Source of the DNA: Methanocaldococcus jannaschii DSM 2661
GTDB taxonomy: Archaea; AGJL01; Methanococci; Methanococcales; Methanocaldococcaceae
DNA: 32,000 bases
Assembly: GCF_000091665.1 (NCBI RefSeq)
Contig: NC_000909.1
Span: 152,871-184,870, forward strand
Direction: 5' to 3'
The notes beneath the pieces were generated by a model. It was not told where the DNA came from. It worked only from the letters and a program-made list of their open reading frames with translations, and ran no database searches. Position numbers and translations under genes: made by a program. Positions 23,031 to 32,000 of the stretch are shown in pieces (positions within the stretch are counted from its first letter, which is position 1; every line of letters begins with the position of its first letter).

Positions 23031-23051
23031 CACCAAAATAATTATTTGGTG
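23031..23051. promoter_or_regulatory. Operator-like palindrome immediately upstream of the tfx start
   Basis: caccaaa-ataatta-tttggtg, 7-bp perfect arms, between TATA-like tatataa (~22980-22997) and ATG 23058. Confidence 0.45.
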
Positions 23052-23057
23052 TTATGC

Positions 23058-23471
23058 ATGGTTGAGGATTCATTCTTAACAGACACACAAATTAAGGTTT
23101 TAAAATTGAGAAAAAAAGGATTAACCCAAGAAGAAATAGCAAAAATGCTTGGAACAAGTAGAGCCAACATAAGTATGATTGAAAAAAGGGCAAAAGAAAA
23201 TATAAAGAAGGCATATAACACAATAAAGATTTATAATAGGATAATGGCTCCACTATCTATTGAAATTGAAGAAGGGACTGATGTTTTAGAAATTCCAGAT
23301 ATTGTATTTAAAAAAGCTGATGAAGAAGGTATAAAAGTGAAATACAATACCTTAGAGCTCATTGAGCTTATAAAAGAAAATGCTTCAGAATTTATAGAAA
23401 AAAGAACAGTTAAAAAGAAATTTAAAATATACATCCTTGAAAATGGGGACTTAGATGTTGGAGGGAGCTAA
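23058..23471 (+). CDS. tfx: Tfx-family HTH DNA-binding protein
   Basis: MVEDSFLTDTQIKVLKLRKKGLTQEEIAKMLGTSRANISMIEKRAKENI. Start placed at the internal Met because the 20 residues upstream are non-canonical for this family. Confidence 0.85.
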   Translation: MVEDSFLTDTQIKVLKLRKKGLTQEEIAKMLGTSRANISMIEKRAKENIKKAYNTIKIYNRIMAPLSIEIEEGTDVLEIPDIVFKKADEEGIKVKYNTLELIELIKENASEFIEKRTVKKKFKIYILENGDLDVGGS

Positions 23472-24515
23472 ATGAAAATTATAGAAGAAATTCCACAGAA
23501 AAATATTATTAAGCTTATGCCTGAAAACTTAGATGATTTATGGGTCTTATATAACATTATTGAAGAAGGAGATAAGATATTTGCAGTTACTGAGAGAAGA
23601 GTGCAGGATAAAGGAGACGTTATTAGAGCAGACAGAGGAGCCAAAAGAAAAATGTTTTTAGGAATTGAAGTAAAAAACGTAGAATTTGATGAAAACACGA
23701 AAAGAGTTAGAATTTTAGGAACTATAATTCATGGCCCAGACGATGTTCCCCTTGGCAGTCATCATACAATTGAAATTAAACCATTTGATGAGCTTTCAAT
23801 TGAAAAAAATTGGAAAAAATGGCAGATAGAGAGAATAAAGGAAGCTATTGAATCATCTAAAAGACCTAAGGTTTTAGTTGTTGTTATGGATGATGAAGAA
23901 GCAGATATCTTTGAAGTTAGAGACTACAGCATAAAAGAAATTTGCTCAATAAAATCTCACACTTCAAAAAAATTGGATTATAAAATTAACGAAGAGTTAA
24001 AAAAAGAGTATTATCATGAAATAGCTAAGGTTTTGTCAGAGTATGATGTTGATAATATTTTGGTCGCAGGGCCAGGATTTGCAAAAAATAGCTTTTATAA
24101 TTTTATTTCCTCTCAATACCCAGAGCTTAAAAATAAAATAGTTGTGGAGAGCATATCAACAACCTCAAGAGCTGGATTAAATGAGGTTATTAAAAGAGGA
24201 ATTATTAATAGAATATATGCTGAATCAAGGGTTGCAAAAGAAACACAATTGATAGAAAAGCTTTTGGAAGAGATTGCTAAAAAGGGATTGGCTGTTTATG
24301 GTATTGATGAAGTAAAAAAAGCTTTAGAATATTCAGCTATAGACACATTATTAGTTTCAGATAGCTTAGTAAGAAATCATGAGATAGAAAAAATAATAGA
24401 TACTACTGAAGAGATGGGTGGGAAGGTAGTTATCGTTTCCTCTGAACATGATGCTGGAAAGCAATTAAAAGCCTTAGGAGGAATAGCCGGTTTATTAAGA
24501 TTCCCTATTGAATAA
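23472..24515 (+). CDS. pelA: Pelota (Dom34) homolog, mRNA surveillance/ribosome rescue
   Basis: 347 aa: MKIIEEIPQKNIIKLMPENLDDLWVLYNIIEEGDKIFAVTERRVQ..., GIAGLLRFPIE; start abuts the tfx stop. Confidence 0.95.
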   Translation: MKIIEEIPQKNIIKLMPENLDDLWVLYNIIEEGDKIFAVTERRVQDKGDVIRADRGAKRKMFLGIEVKNVEFDENTKRVRILGTIIHGPDDVPLGSHHTIEIKPFDELSIEKNWKKWQIERIKEAIESSKRPKVLVVVMDDEEADIFEVRDYSIKEICSIKSHTSKKLDYKINEELKKEYYHEIAKVLSEYDVDNILVAGPGFAKNSFYNFISSQYPELKNKIVVESISTTSRAGLNEVIKRGIINRIYAESRVAKETQLIEKLLEEIAKKGLAVYGIDEVKKALEYSAIDTLLVSDSLVRNHEIEKIIDTTEEMGGKVVIVSSEHDAGKQLKALGGIAGLLRFPIE

Positions 24516-24525
24516 TTACTCTTGA

Positions 24526-24621
24526 ATAGGACTTTCGCAGTTTATATATTGAATTTGGAATTTAGATGCCTAAAAGGCATCATTTTCCTTATAGAGATTT
24601 ATTCCTGCGAAAGTCCTATTT
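24526..24621. repeat. TIR element copy C; overlaps the 3' end of the translin-like gene
   Basis: Terminal inverted repeats aataggactttcgcag (24526-24541) / ctgcgaaagtcctatt (24606-24621), with internal hairpin gatgcc-taaaa-ggcatc. Confidence 0.88.
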
Positions 24622-25216
24622 GAACTCTTTTTAAATGTTCTCTAAGCTTAAGATTTTGAATAAAAGTAACAATATCTCCATGGGTTTTTTCTAAGATTCC
24701 TCTACTAATATCCTGCTTCCTTCTCAAATTATCCACTACGTGATAATAATCAAAGTTCATTAAAAATTCATATAAATCTTCCATAAATTTGAAATACCTT
24801 TCAACCTCTGCTAAATTATCATTTTTCATTGCCTCTAATACCTCTCTCCTCAACTCTCCAATCACATCAGCTAATCCTAAGATGTAGTTCTCTTCTTTAA
24901 TAAAATCAAGCTCTTTGAAACTTGGAATCTTATTATCAAACTTTATCATATACAAAGATAATGCCTCAACAAATTCCTGTTGAGGGGTAGATAAATATCC
25001 AACAAACTCTGGGAATGTTGCTAAACTATTTAGTTTTTTAATTTTTTCTGATATCTCATTTAATTTGTCTTTAAACTCATCTTTATCGTCTGATTTGTGA
25101 ATTTTTCTAATTAACATTGCACAATCTCTTGTTATTTCCCTTGATAACTTTAAAATTTCTTCTCTAACACTATCTTTATTTGCAAGGTAGTTTATTAGAT
25201 AATTTAGCTCATCCAT
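24599..25216 (-). CDS. Translin-family protein (archaeal translin/TRAX-like)
   Basis: MDELNYLINYLANKDSVREEILKLSREITRDCAMLIRKIH...YILGLADVIGELRREVLEAM...VVDNLRRKQDISRGILEKTHGDI. Track ORF starts at 25267; start moved to MDEL. Last codons and stop lie in TIR element C. Confidence 0.8.
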   Translation of the reverse strand: MDELNYLINYLANKDSVREEILKLSREITRDCAMLIRKIHKSDDKDEFKDKLNEISEKIKKLNSLATFPEFVGYLSTPQQEFVEALSLYMIKFDNKIPSFKELDFIKEENYILGLADVIGELRREVLEAMKNDNLAEVERYFKFMEDLYEFLMNFDYYHVVDNLRRKQDISRGILEKTHGDIVTFIQNLKLREHLKRVQIGLSQE

Positions 25217-25317
25217 TGCTACCACCAAAAATTTTATATACCCTATTGTTAGTATTTGTTTATACACTCCTTTTCTTTTATTACACTAATCCGTTATTAA
25301 TTTATACCTCAAATAAT

Positions 25318-25358
25318 GCAAACCTGAAAAGCCCGGGTAGGGCAATGACAGGTTTGCA
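25318..25358. other. GC-rich hairpin in the divergent intergenic region upstream of the L3 gene
   Basis: tgcaaacctg (25318-25327) / caggtttgca (25349-25358), with inner stem gccc-gggta-gggc and an asymmetric purine-rich internal loop. Confidence 0.6.
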
Positions 25359-25404
25359 AAATATAGTGTCTTCCAAAATCAATAAAATTAATTTAAGGAA
25401 CATT

Positions 25405-25423
25405 GAACGCCTTTAAGGCGTTC
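25405..25423. other. Second compact hairpin upstream of the L3 gene
   Basis: gaacgcctt-t-aaggcgttc, near-perfect palindrome. Confidence 0.6.
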
Positions 25424-25549
25424 ATTAATACCTTAGTTATTTCAAAAGTTTTGAAAGACACTATAAAAAAGCTATTTAGATATTAAACCAAACAAAACAC
25501 TCAAATAAAAGATTTTAAAGATATCAATAAATATGCTGGAGGTTAGATT

Positions 25550-26557
25550 ATGGGGTTAAATATTAACAGACCAAGAAGAGGTTCATTAGCATTCAGTCCA
25601 AGAAAAAGAGCAAAAAGACCAGTTCCAAGAATTAGAAGCTGGCCAGAAGAGGATACAGTAAGGTTACAGGCATTTCCAGTATATAAAGCAGGAATGAGCC
25701 ATGCATTTATTAAAGAAGATAATCCAAAAAGTCCAAATGCTGGACAGGAGGTATTTACTCCAATCACAATATTAGAAGCTCCACCAATCAACGTATGTGC
25801 TATAAGAGTTTATGGAAGAAATGAAAGAAACTACTTAACAACATTAACAGAAGTTTGGGCAGACAACTTAGACAAAGAATTAGAAAGAAAAATTAAACTC
25901 CCTAAAAAAGAAGACAGAAAGACCGTTGAAGATTTAGAAGCATTAAAAGACAAAATTGAAGATGTTAGAGTTCTCGTTCATACAAATCCAAAATTAACAT
26001 GCCTTCCAAAGAAAAAACCAGAAATCTTAGAAATTAGAATTGGAGGAAAAGATATTGAAGAAAGATTAAACTACGCTAAAGAGATTTTAGGTAAGCAGTT
26101 AAACATTACAGATGTCTTCCAAGAAGGAGAGTTAGTCGATACAATTGGAGTTACAAAAGGTAAAGGATTCCAAGGACAAGTTAAAAGATGGGGAGTTAAA
26201 ATACAATTTGGTAAGCACGCAAGAAAAGGAGTAGGAAGACACGTTGGTTCTATTGGTCCATGGCAACCAAAGATGGTTATGTGGAGTGTTCCAATGCCAG
26301 GTCAAATGGGATACCACCAAAGAACTGAATACAACAAGAGAATATTAAAGATTGGAAACAATGGGGATGAAATTACACCAAAAGGTGGATTCTTACACTA
26401 CGGGGTTATAAGAAACAACTATGTTGTATTAAAAGGTTCAGTTCAAGGGCCTGCAAAGAGATTAATTGTATTAAGAAGAGCTATAAGACCACAGGAGCCA
26501 TTAATCAAAGTACCTGAAATTACATACATAAGTACAACATCAAAGCAAGGTAAGTAA
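25550..26557 (+). CDS. rpl3: Ribosomal protein L3 (uL3)
   Basis: 335-aa L3 with RBS-like ggaggt upstream and [56 protein letters not shown]. Confidence 0.97.
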   Translation: MGLNINRPRRGSLAFSPRKRAKRPVPRIRSWPEEDTVRLQAFPVYKAGMSHAFIKEDNPKSPNAGQEVFTPITILEAPPINVCAIRVYGRNERNYLTTLTEVWADNLDKELERKIKLPKKEDRKTVEDLEALKDKIEDVRVLVHTNPKLTCLPKKKPEILEIRIGGKDIEERLNYAKEILGKQLNITDVFQEGELVDTIGVTKGKGFQGQVKRWGVKIQFGKHARKGVGRHVGSIGPWQPKMVMWSVPMPGQMGYHQRTEYNKRILKIGNNGDEITPKGGFLHYGVIRNNYVVLKGSVQGPAKRLIVLRRAIRPQEPLIKVPEITYISTTSKQGK

Positions 26558-26598
26558 ATAAAATACTTTAAAATAATTGAGAGAGAAGGTGAATAATA

Positions 26599-27357
26599 AT
26601 GAAGGCTGTTGTTTATAATTTAAATGGAGAGGCAGTAAAAGAAATTGACTTACCAGCAGTATTTGAAGAAGAATACAGACCAGATTTAATTAAGAGAGCT
26701 TTCTTATCTGCATTTACAGCAAGATTACAGCCAAAAGGTTCAGACCCATTGGCAGGATTAAGAACAAGTGCTAAAAACATTGGTAAAGGACACGGTAGGG
26801 CAAGAGTAGATAGAGTTCCACAAGGATGGGCTGCAAGAGTTCCACAAGCAGTTGGTGGAAGAAGAGCACACCCACCAAAAGTTGAGAAAATATTATGGGA
26901 AAGAGTAAATAAAAAAGAAAGAATTAAAGCAATAAAGAGTGCTATTGCAGCTACAGCAAACCCTGAATTAGTTAAAGAAAGAGGACATGTCTTTGAGACT
27001 GAAAATCTCCCAATTATTGTTGAAAGTTCATTTGAAGAGTTGCAAAAAACAAAAGATGTATTTGCAGTATTTGAAAAATTAGGAATCAGTGATGATGTTA
27101 TAAGAGCTAAGAACGGAATTAAGATTAGAGCTGGAAAAGGTAAGATGAGAGGAAGAAAATACAAAAAACCAAGAAGTATCTTAGTTGTTGTTGGAGATAA
27201 ATGCAACGCTATATTGGCTTCAAGAAACTTACCAGGAGTTGATGTTATAACTGCTAAAGATTTGGGAATTATCCATTTAGCTCCTGGGGGAGTTGCTGGA
27301 AGATTAACCGTATGGACTGAAAGTGCATTAGAGAAATTAAAAGAGAGATTTGAATAA
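26599..27357 (+). CDS. rpl4: Ribosomal protein L4 (uL4)
   Basis: [39 protein letters not shown]. Confidence 0.97.
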   Translation: MKAVVYNLNGEAVKEIDLPAVFEEEYRPDLIKRAFLSAFTARLQPKGSDPLAGLRTSAKNIGKGHGRARVDRVPQGWAARVPQAVGGRRAHPPKVEKILWERVNKKERIKAIKSAIAATANPELVKERGHVFETENLPIIVESSFEELQKTKDVFAVFEKLGISDDVIRAKNGIKIRAGKGKMRGRKYKKPRSILVVVGDKCNAILASRNLPGVDVITAKDLGIIHLAPGGVAGRLTVWTESALEKLKERFE

Positions 27358-27390
27358 ATAAAATAAAAATGCAGAAACAAGGGGATAAAA

Positions 27391-27651
27391 ATGGATGCCT
27401 TCGATGTAATAAAAGCTCCAGTAGTTACAGAAAAAACTGTTAGAATGATTGAAGAGGAAAACAAATTAGTATTTTACGTTGATAGGAGAGCTACAAAGCA
27501 GGATATAAAGAGAGCTATGAAAGAGTTGTTTGATGTTGAAGTTGAGAAAGTAAATACATTAATAACACCAAAAGGGGAAAAGAAAGCTTACGTTAAGTTG
27601 AAAGAAGGATATGACGCAAGTAAAATAGCAGCAAGCTTAGGAATCTACTAA
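27391..27651 (+). CDS. rpl23: Ribosomal protein L23 (uL23)
   Basis: [64 protein letters not shown]. Confidence 0.97.
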   Translation: MDAFDVIKAPVVTEKTVRMIEEENKLVFYVDRRATKQDIKRAMKELFDVEVEKVNTLITPKGEKKAYVKLKEGYDASKIAASLGIY

Positions 27652-27710
27652 ATTAAATAAATTTTTAAATAATTGAAACACTTAAAAATTTATCACAAGT
27701 GGTGGTGAAG

Positions 27711-28439
27711 ATGGGAAAAAGATTAATCTCTCAAAGAAGAGGTAGGGGTTCTTCAGTATATACTTGCCCTTCACACAAAAGAAGGGGAGAAGCAAAATAC
27801 AGAAGATTTGATGAATTAGAGAAAAAAGGAAAAGTTTTAGGTAAAATTGTTGATATATTACACGACCCAGGAAGAAGTGCTCCAGTTGCAAAAGTTGAAT
27901 ACGAAACAGGAGAAGAAGGATTGTTAGTTGTTCCAGAAGGTGTAAAAGTTGGAGATATTATTGAGTGTGGTGTCTCTGCAGAAATAAAGCCAGGAAATAT
28001 CTTACCATTGGGAGCTATTCCAGAGGGAATTCCTGTCTTCAACATAGAAACAGTTCCAGGAGATGGAGGAAAATTAGTTAGAGCAGGAGGTTGTTATGCA
28101 CACATATTGACACACGATGGAGAAAGAACTTATGTTAAATTGCCATCAGGACACATCAAAGCTTTACACTCAATGTGTAGAGCTACAATTGGAGTTGTTG
28201 CTGGTGGAGGAAGAAAAGAGAAACCATTCGTTAAGGCTGGTAAGAAGTATCACGCAATGAAAGCTAAGGCAGTTAAGTGGCCAAGAGTTAGAGGAGTTGC
28301 AATGAACGCTGTCGATCACCCATTCGGTGGAGGAAGACACCAACACACTGGAAAACCAACTACTGTTTCAAGAAAGAAAGTTCCACCAGGAAGAAAGGTT
28401 GGACATATATCTGCAAGAAGAACTGGAGTCAGGAAATAA
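27711..28439 (+). CDS. rpl2: Ribosomal protein L2 (uL2)
   Basis: MGKRLISQRRGRGSSVYTCPSHKRRG...GVAMNAVDHPFGGGRHQHTGKPTTVSRKKVPPGRKVGHISARRTG. Confidence 0.97.
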   Translation: MGKRLISQRRGRGSSVYTCPSHKRRGEAKYRRFDELEKKGKVLGKIVDILHDPGRSAPVAKVEYETGEEGLLVVPEGVKVGDIIECGVSAEIKPGNILPLGAIPEGIPVFNIETVPGDGGKLVRAGGCYAHILTHDGERTYVKLPSGHIKALHSMCRATIGVVAGGGRKEKPFVKAGKKYHAMKAKAVKWPRVRGVAMNAVDHPFGGGRHQHTGKPTTVSRKKVPPGRKVGHISARRTGVRK

Positions 28440-28524
28440 TTTCCTCTCTTATTTATTAAGTTTTTGAATAAAATTAGATAAAATAAACACAAACAAAACA
28501 CATAATAATTTAAGGTGACTAAAT

Positions 28525-28983
28525 ATGGCATCTGCAAGGAGAAGAAGAATTAAAAAGAAAAAACAAGTAATTTCAAAAAAGATAGAGTTTAGATACAGAG
28601 GATACACATTAGAAGAACTTCAACAAATGCCTTTAAGAGAGTTTGCAAAGTTGTTGCCTGCAAGACAGAGAAGAACATTATTGAGAGGTTTAACCCCACA
28701 ACAGAAAAAATTAGCTATGAAAATTAAAAAAGCAAGAAGATTATTAAACAAAGGTAAAGAACCAAGAATTATAAGAACACACTGCAGAGACTTTGTTATA
28801 ACACCAGATATGGTTGGATTAACCTTTGGTGTCTATAACGGAAAAGAGTTCGTTGAAGTTAAAGTAACTCCAGAAATGATTGGACACTACTTAGGAGAGT
28901 TCTCATTAACAAGAAAACCAGTTCAGCACGGAGCTCCTGGTATGGGAGCTACAAGAAGCTCAATGTTCGTTCCAATCAAGTAA
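28525..28983 (+). CDS. rps19: Ribosomal protein S19 (uS19)
   Basis: [22 protein letters not shown]...[65 protein letters not shown]. Confidence 0.97.
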   Translation: MASARRRRIKKKKQVISKKIEFRYRGYTLEELQQMPLREFAKLLPARQRRTLLRGLTPQQKKLAMKIKKARRLLNKGKEPRIIRTHCRDFVITPDMVGLTFGVYNGKEFVEVKVTPEMIGHYLGEFSLTRKPVQHGAPGMGATRSSMFVPIK

Positions 28984-29041
28984 ATTCTTTACCTTTCTTT
29001 TTTTATTAATAGGGGATATTTACTTATTTGGATAAAAGATT

Positions 29042-30618
29042 TTATAAATAGGTTTCTACCATTTTAAAGAGATTTGTAAATGGATAAGGATTTGGATAAT
29101 TCTCTTCTATTAAATCTTCATAGTTGTTTTTAATATATTCCCAAAAATCTACTGTGATTCCGGCTTCTTTTAATTCTATACTTAATTCATTGGCTATATT
29201 GTAATCCTTATCTCTAATTTCCCTGTTTATTACTAATTTATAAAACTTTCTTCCTTTAATTTCATAGTTATATCTATAGCCCAGTTGTGAATACAACAGC
29301 ATTAAATTGGTGATGACTCTATCCATGTCATTAGCATTTCTATTTTTTATTACTTTCATAATTTGAGATAATAAAGAATAACGTTCAAAATAAGATTGTA
29401 ATCCTGTATTTGTTTGTAATCTACATTTATACCTCTTAACCTCCAAATATTTCCCATAATAAAACTCATAAAGAATTATAAAATACAAAACAAAAACTGT
29501 ATCAAATAAATATCCTTTTCTTTTTCTTTCTCCATTTTCAATTCTTATTATTTCAGGAATTAATCTCTCGTTATCAATTTTAGAATTTTTAAACTCAATA
29601 AGGATTGCATATTTATTTAAAACCTTCTTCAAATGTCTTGGATTCGTAAAATTGATAGCTTTAAAGAATCTCTCAAGCTTTTCAGCAATTTTATCATCAT
29701 TAAAGAAATCATATTGTTTAATAAAATCCTTTAATTCATAAGATTTTGGCATACTAAATGAAATATTAAAAATCTTTTCCAAATACTCTTCTGCTTTTAT
29801 AATATCTTTATATTTTGTTTTAATAGCCTTAGAAACAGCATCTTTATCAACAGCTACAAAATAAACAATATTTTTATTTCATCATCATTTTTGTTTTCGT
29901 CTTCATCTTCTCCGCCTAAACTAAAGAATAACTTAATTGATGCCAATAAATTTAAAATATTCTCTGCTTCGCACCTATCAAGTTCATCAATAAAAATAAT
30001 TAATTTTTTACCATTGTCGGCAAGTGTTTTTGATAACTCTTTAAAACAATTCTGTAATTCTTTAACTTTTTTATGGTAAGATTCTTCTTCATTTTCGTCT
30101 TCTTTTGATGCATTGACTACGTATCCAACAAATTTGCTTCCATCAAAACTTGCGTTTATTTTAATCCCAGATAGTTCTGTTATGGGAGAAGTCCCTGCTT
30201 TAATATTTGTTGCATTTATTGCTCCTAAAACCATGTTTTTCCAAAGATTAACTGACTTCTTTCCTAATTTTTTAATTTTATCTTTTATTTCTTTTGTAAT
30301 AGTTTCGTCCTTATTTAATTTAGCTTCTAATTCGTCCCAAATAAACTCCAATAATGAATAAGGCAAATTATCATCTTTTTCATAAAGCCAAGCATCAAAT
30401 TTTAAGCAAATAAATTCATTTTTATCCAATTTACTCATAATATGGTTTATAACGCTACTCTTCCCACTACCTCAATTTCCATAAAGGGCTATCATATTAT
30501 TCTTCTGCAAATAATCCCATCTATTTTCAATAAATCTTGCTATAGCATCTGCCTTCTTCTTTATTCCTAACCTATCATATTCATCCAAATTTTTTAAAGG
30601 CATGTCAGGGCTTAACAT
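29042..30618 (-). pseudogene. Disrupted KAP-family P-loop NTPase
   Basis: One gene split into three frame segments. N-term from ATG 30616-30618: MLSPDMPLKNLDEYDRLGIKKKADAIARFIENRWDYLQKNNMIALYGN[TGA]GSGKSSVINHI. Middle part contains KLIIFIDELDRCE and ends KILFIL*; reading resumes in another frame as AVDKDAVSKAIKTKYKDIIKAEEYLEKIFNISF. Confidence 0.85.
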
Positions 30619-30723
30619 AACCCTCCCCCCACATAAGCTAATAATTTTGATACTGTTAGCTTAGATAACTTTTATTAATCCTAAAAAATATATATCCTTA
30701 ACCATATCAAAAGCTTAGGAGTT

Positions 30724-30957
30724 GTGAATATTATGATAACTAAACAATTTGATAGACATTTAAAGTATTACACTACAATAGTTAAAGTTTTTGCTAATGG
30801 TATTATTTTGATAACTGCTTACTACTTAGTGTTTGAGCTTCCAGTAGGTTATTTAATAGGATTATACATCATTATGTTTGTTGTGTGGTTATTGGTGTCA
30901 ATGTTTTTCTTAGGTAGATTGTTGGATTTTATGGCTAAAATGGATTTAAAAAAATAA
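30724..30957 (+). CDS. Small membrane protein (two predicted TM helices)
   Basis: 77 aa: FANGIILITAYYLVFELPVGYLIGLYIIMFVVWLLVSMFFLGRLLDF. Confidence 0.55.
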   Translation: MNIMITKQFDRHLKYYTTIVKVFANGIILITAYYLVFELPVGYLIGLYIIMFVVWLLVSMFFLGRLLDFMAKMDLKK

Positions 30958-31012
30958 ACAAAAAGCTAAATTTGATATTTTAACCAATTTTTGTGATACT
31001 GCCATTAATGCC

Positions 31013-31162
31013 ATGTGTTATGGTATAATAGTGATGATACTATTTAGTTTGTATAAGGGTTTAGCTCCAAACTCTGCCATAGTTGGAATAAGCATAATGA
31101 TAATAATAGCAATTGGAATATACTTAATAATAGAGTATGCTATAAAAAAGATTATTGGGTAG
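31013..31162 (+). CDS. Short membrane ORF; may be the downstream part of a frameshifted gene
   Basis: MCYGIIVMILFSLYKGLAPNSAIVGISIMIIIAIGIYLIIEYAIKKIIG. The frame is open back to ~30950 without a normal start codon. Confidence 0.4.
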   Translation: MCYGIIVMILFSLYKGLAPNSAIVGISIMIIIAIGIYLIIEYAIKKIIG

Positions 31163-31274
31163 GTTTTGCTTCTAACTTTTTAGAGGCATAGAACAACCAC
31201 AAACAGCCAACCAAGACCATAGCCAATAAAAACAAACTAATCATAATTGATGCTATAATTATATCCGTTTCCAT
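31152..31274 (-). CDS. Small single-TM protein
   Basis: METDIIIASIMISLFLLAMVLVGCLWLFYASKKLEAKPTQ, preceded on the minus strand by an RBS-like gaggatgatgtt. Confidence 0.35.
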   Translation of the reverse strand: METDIIIASIMISLFLLAMVLVGCLWLFYASKKLEAKPTQ

Positions 31275-31344
31275 AACATCATCCTCTTTTTTGTGTTGTT
31301 ATATTCTTATGTAAGCAGTTAGTTATATAGATTGTGACAAACCA

Positions 31345-32000
31345 TTAAGTTGTATATTCAGCGTTTATTCTAACATACTCATAGCTTAAATCACATCCAT
31401 AACAAACGTTCTCAAACTCCCCCATCTTCAAATCAACAACTATCTTTATTTCATCACTTTTCATAATCTCCTCGGCCTTTTTTAGCTCTTCAGTTCCTTC
31501 ATCAGCCAATGGAATCCCATCTTTAACTAAATAAACCTCATCTTTATAGTTGCTCAATATAACATCAACAACTTCTGGGTTGAAATCAGCCCCACTATAT
31601 CCAACAGCAGCAACAATCCTTCCCCAATTTGGGTCTCCACCAAACACAGCAGTTTTAACTAACAAAGAATTAACTATAGCCTTTGATGCTTTAACTGCAT
31701 CCTCCTCAGTTTTAGCCCCTTTAACAACAACCTCCATAAATTTGGTAGCTCCTTCACCATCCTTAACAATCATCTTGGCAAGCTCTCTGCACACATACAA
31801 TAAGGCATTTTCAAACTCTTCTCCACATTCTTCATAATTAACTCCACTTAATCCATTAGCTAAAACAAAAACGGTATCATTTGTTGAAGTGTCTCCATCA
31901 ACGGATATGTTGTTGAATGTTTTATCTACAACCTTTTGCAAGATATTTGTTAAGCTTTCTTTATCAATCTCTATGTCTGTTGTTATAAAGCAAAGCATAG
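31345..32000 (-). CDS. argJ: Glutamate N-acetyltransferase (ArgJ), C-terminal part, truncated by the window end
   Basis: VFGGDPNWGRIVAAVGYSGADFNPEVVDV, ECGEEFENALLYVCRELAKMIVKDGEGATKFMEVVVKGAKTEEDA. Confidence 0.93.
   Translation of the reverse strand, partial: MLCFITTDIEIDKESLTNILQKVVDKTFNNISVDGDTSTNDTVFVLANGLSGVNYEECGEEFENALLYVCRELAKMIVKDGEGATKFMEVVVKGAKTEEDAVKASKAIVNSLLVKTAVFGGDPNWGRIVAAVGYSGADFNPEVVDVILSNYKDEVYLVKDGIPLADEGTEELKKAEEIMKSDEIKIVVDLKMGEFENVCYGCDLSYEYVRINAEYTT

Noticed and set aside
25405-25423. gaacgccttTaaggcgttc as a fourth member of the shared-loop hairpin family
   Set aside because: It has essentially no loop, no TCRCTT motif and no neighbouring gene-end duplication.
26613-27464. 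283-aa minus-strand ORF opposite the L4 gene
   Set aside because: Fully antisense to a canonical ribosomal protein L4 gene; no recognisable protein features.
30472-30474. In-frame UGA in the KAP gene read as selenocysteine (the inferred host group encodes Sec)
   Set aside because: The position corresponds to a conserved Trp in GxWGxGKS, not a redox site. No SECIS-like element was seen, and there is a second, independent frameshift.

Overview
The window is an AT-rich archaeal chromosome segment. Gene content and order match a hyperthermophilic methanogen of the Methanocaldococcus jannaschii type (inference from gene families, no database search). It contains the 3' end of a ferredoxin-like gene and cdhC. 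These are followed by a GC-rich minus-strand rRNA operon (16S - tRNA-Ala(UGC) - 23S, no linked 5S) with long bulge-helix-bulge processing stems. Next comes a housekeeping block: DUF2098-like, SelA-like PLP protein, nrpR, gatB, ilvH, beta-CASP nuclease, larB-like, dtdA-like, moaB-like, histone, minD, mechanosensitive channel, DNA ligase, pcm, tfx, pelota and translin-like. It continues into the L3-L4-L23-L2-S19 ribosomal protein genes, a decayed KAP P-loop NTPase with small membrane ORFs, and partial argJ. Two non-coding systems stand out. (1) Three GC-rich hairpins with different stems but a shared loop (TCRCTT..GYTC) each lie between an intact gene terminus (nrpR 3' end, gatB 5' end, mscMJ 3' end) and a diverged second copy of that terminus that keeps its stop or start codon. 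The hairpin polarity relative to copy and gene is the same in all three. (2) Three ~95-bp elements have 16-bp terminal inverted repeats (core GGACTTTCGCA / TGCGAAAGTCC), compensatory changes between the arms and a variable internal hairpin. One lies in the rRNA spacer, one appears to carry a promoter, and one supplies the last codons and stop of a translin-like gene.
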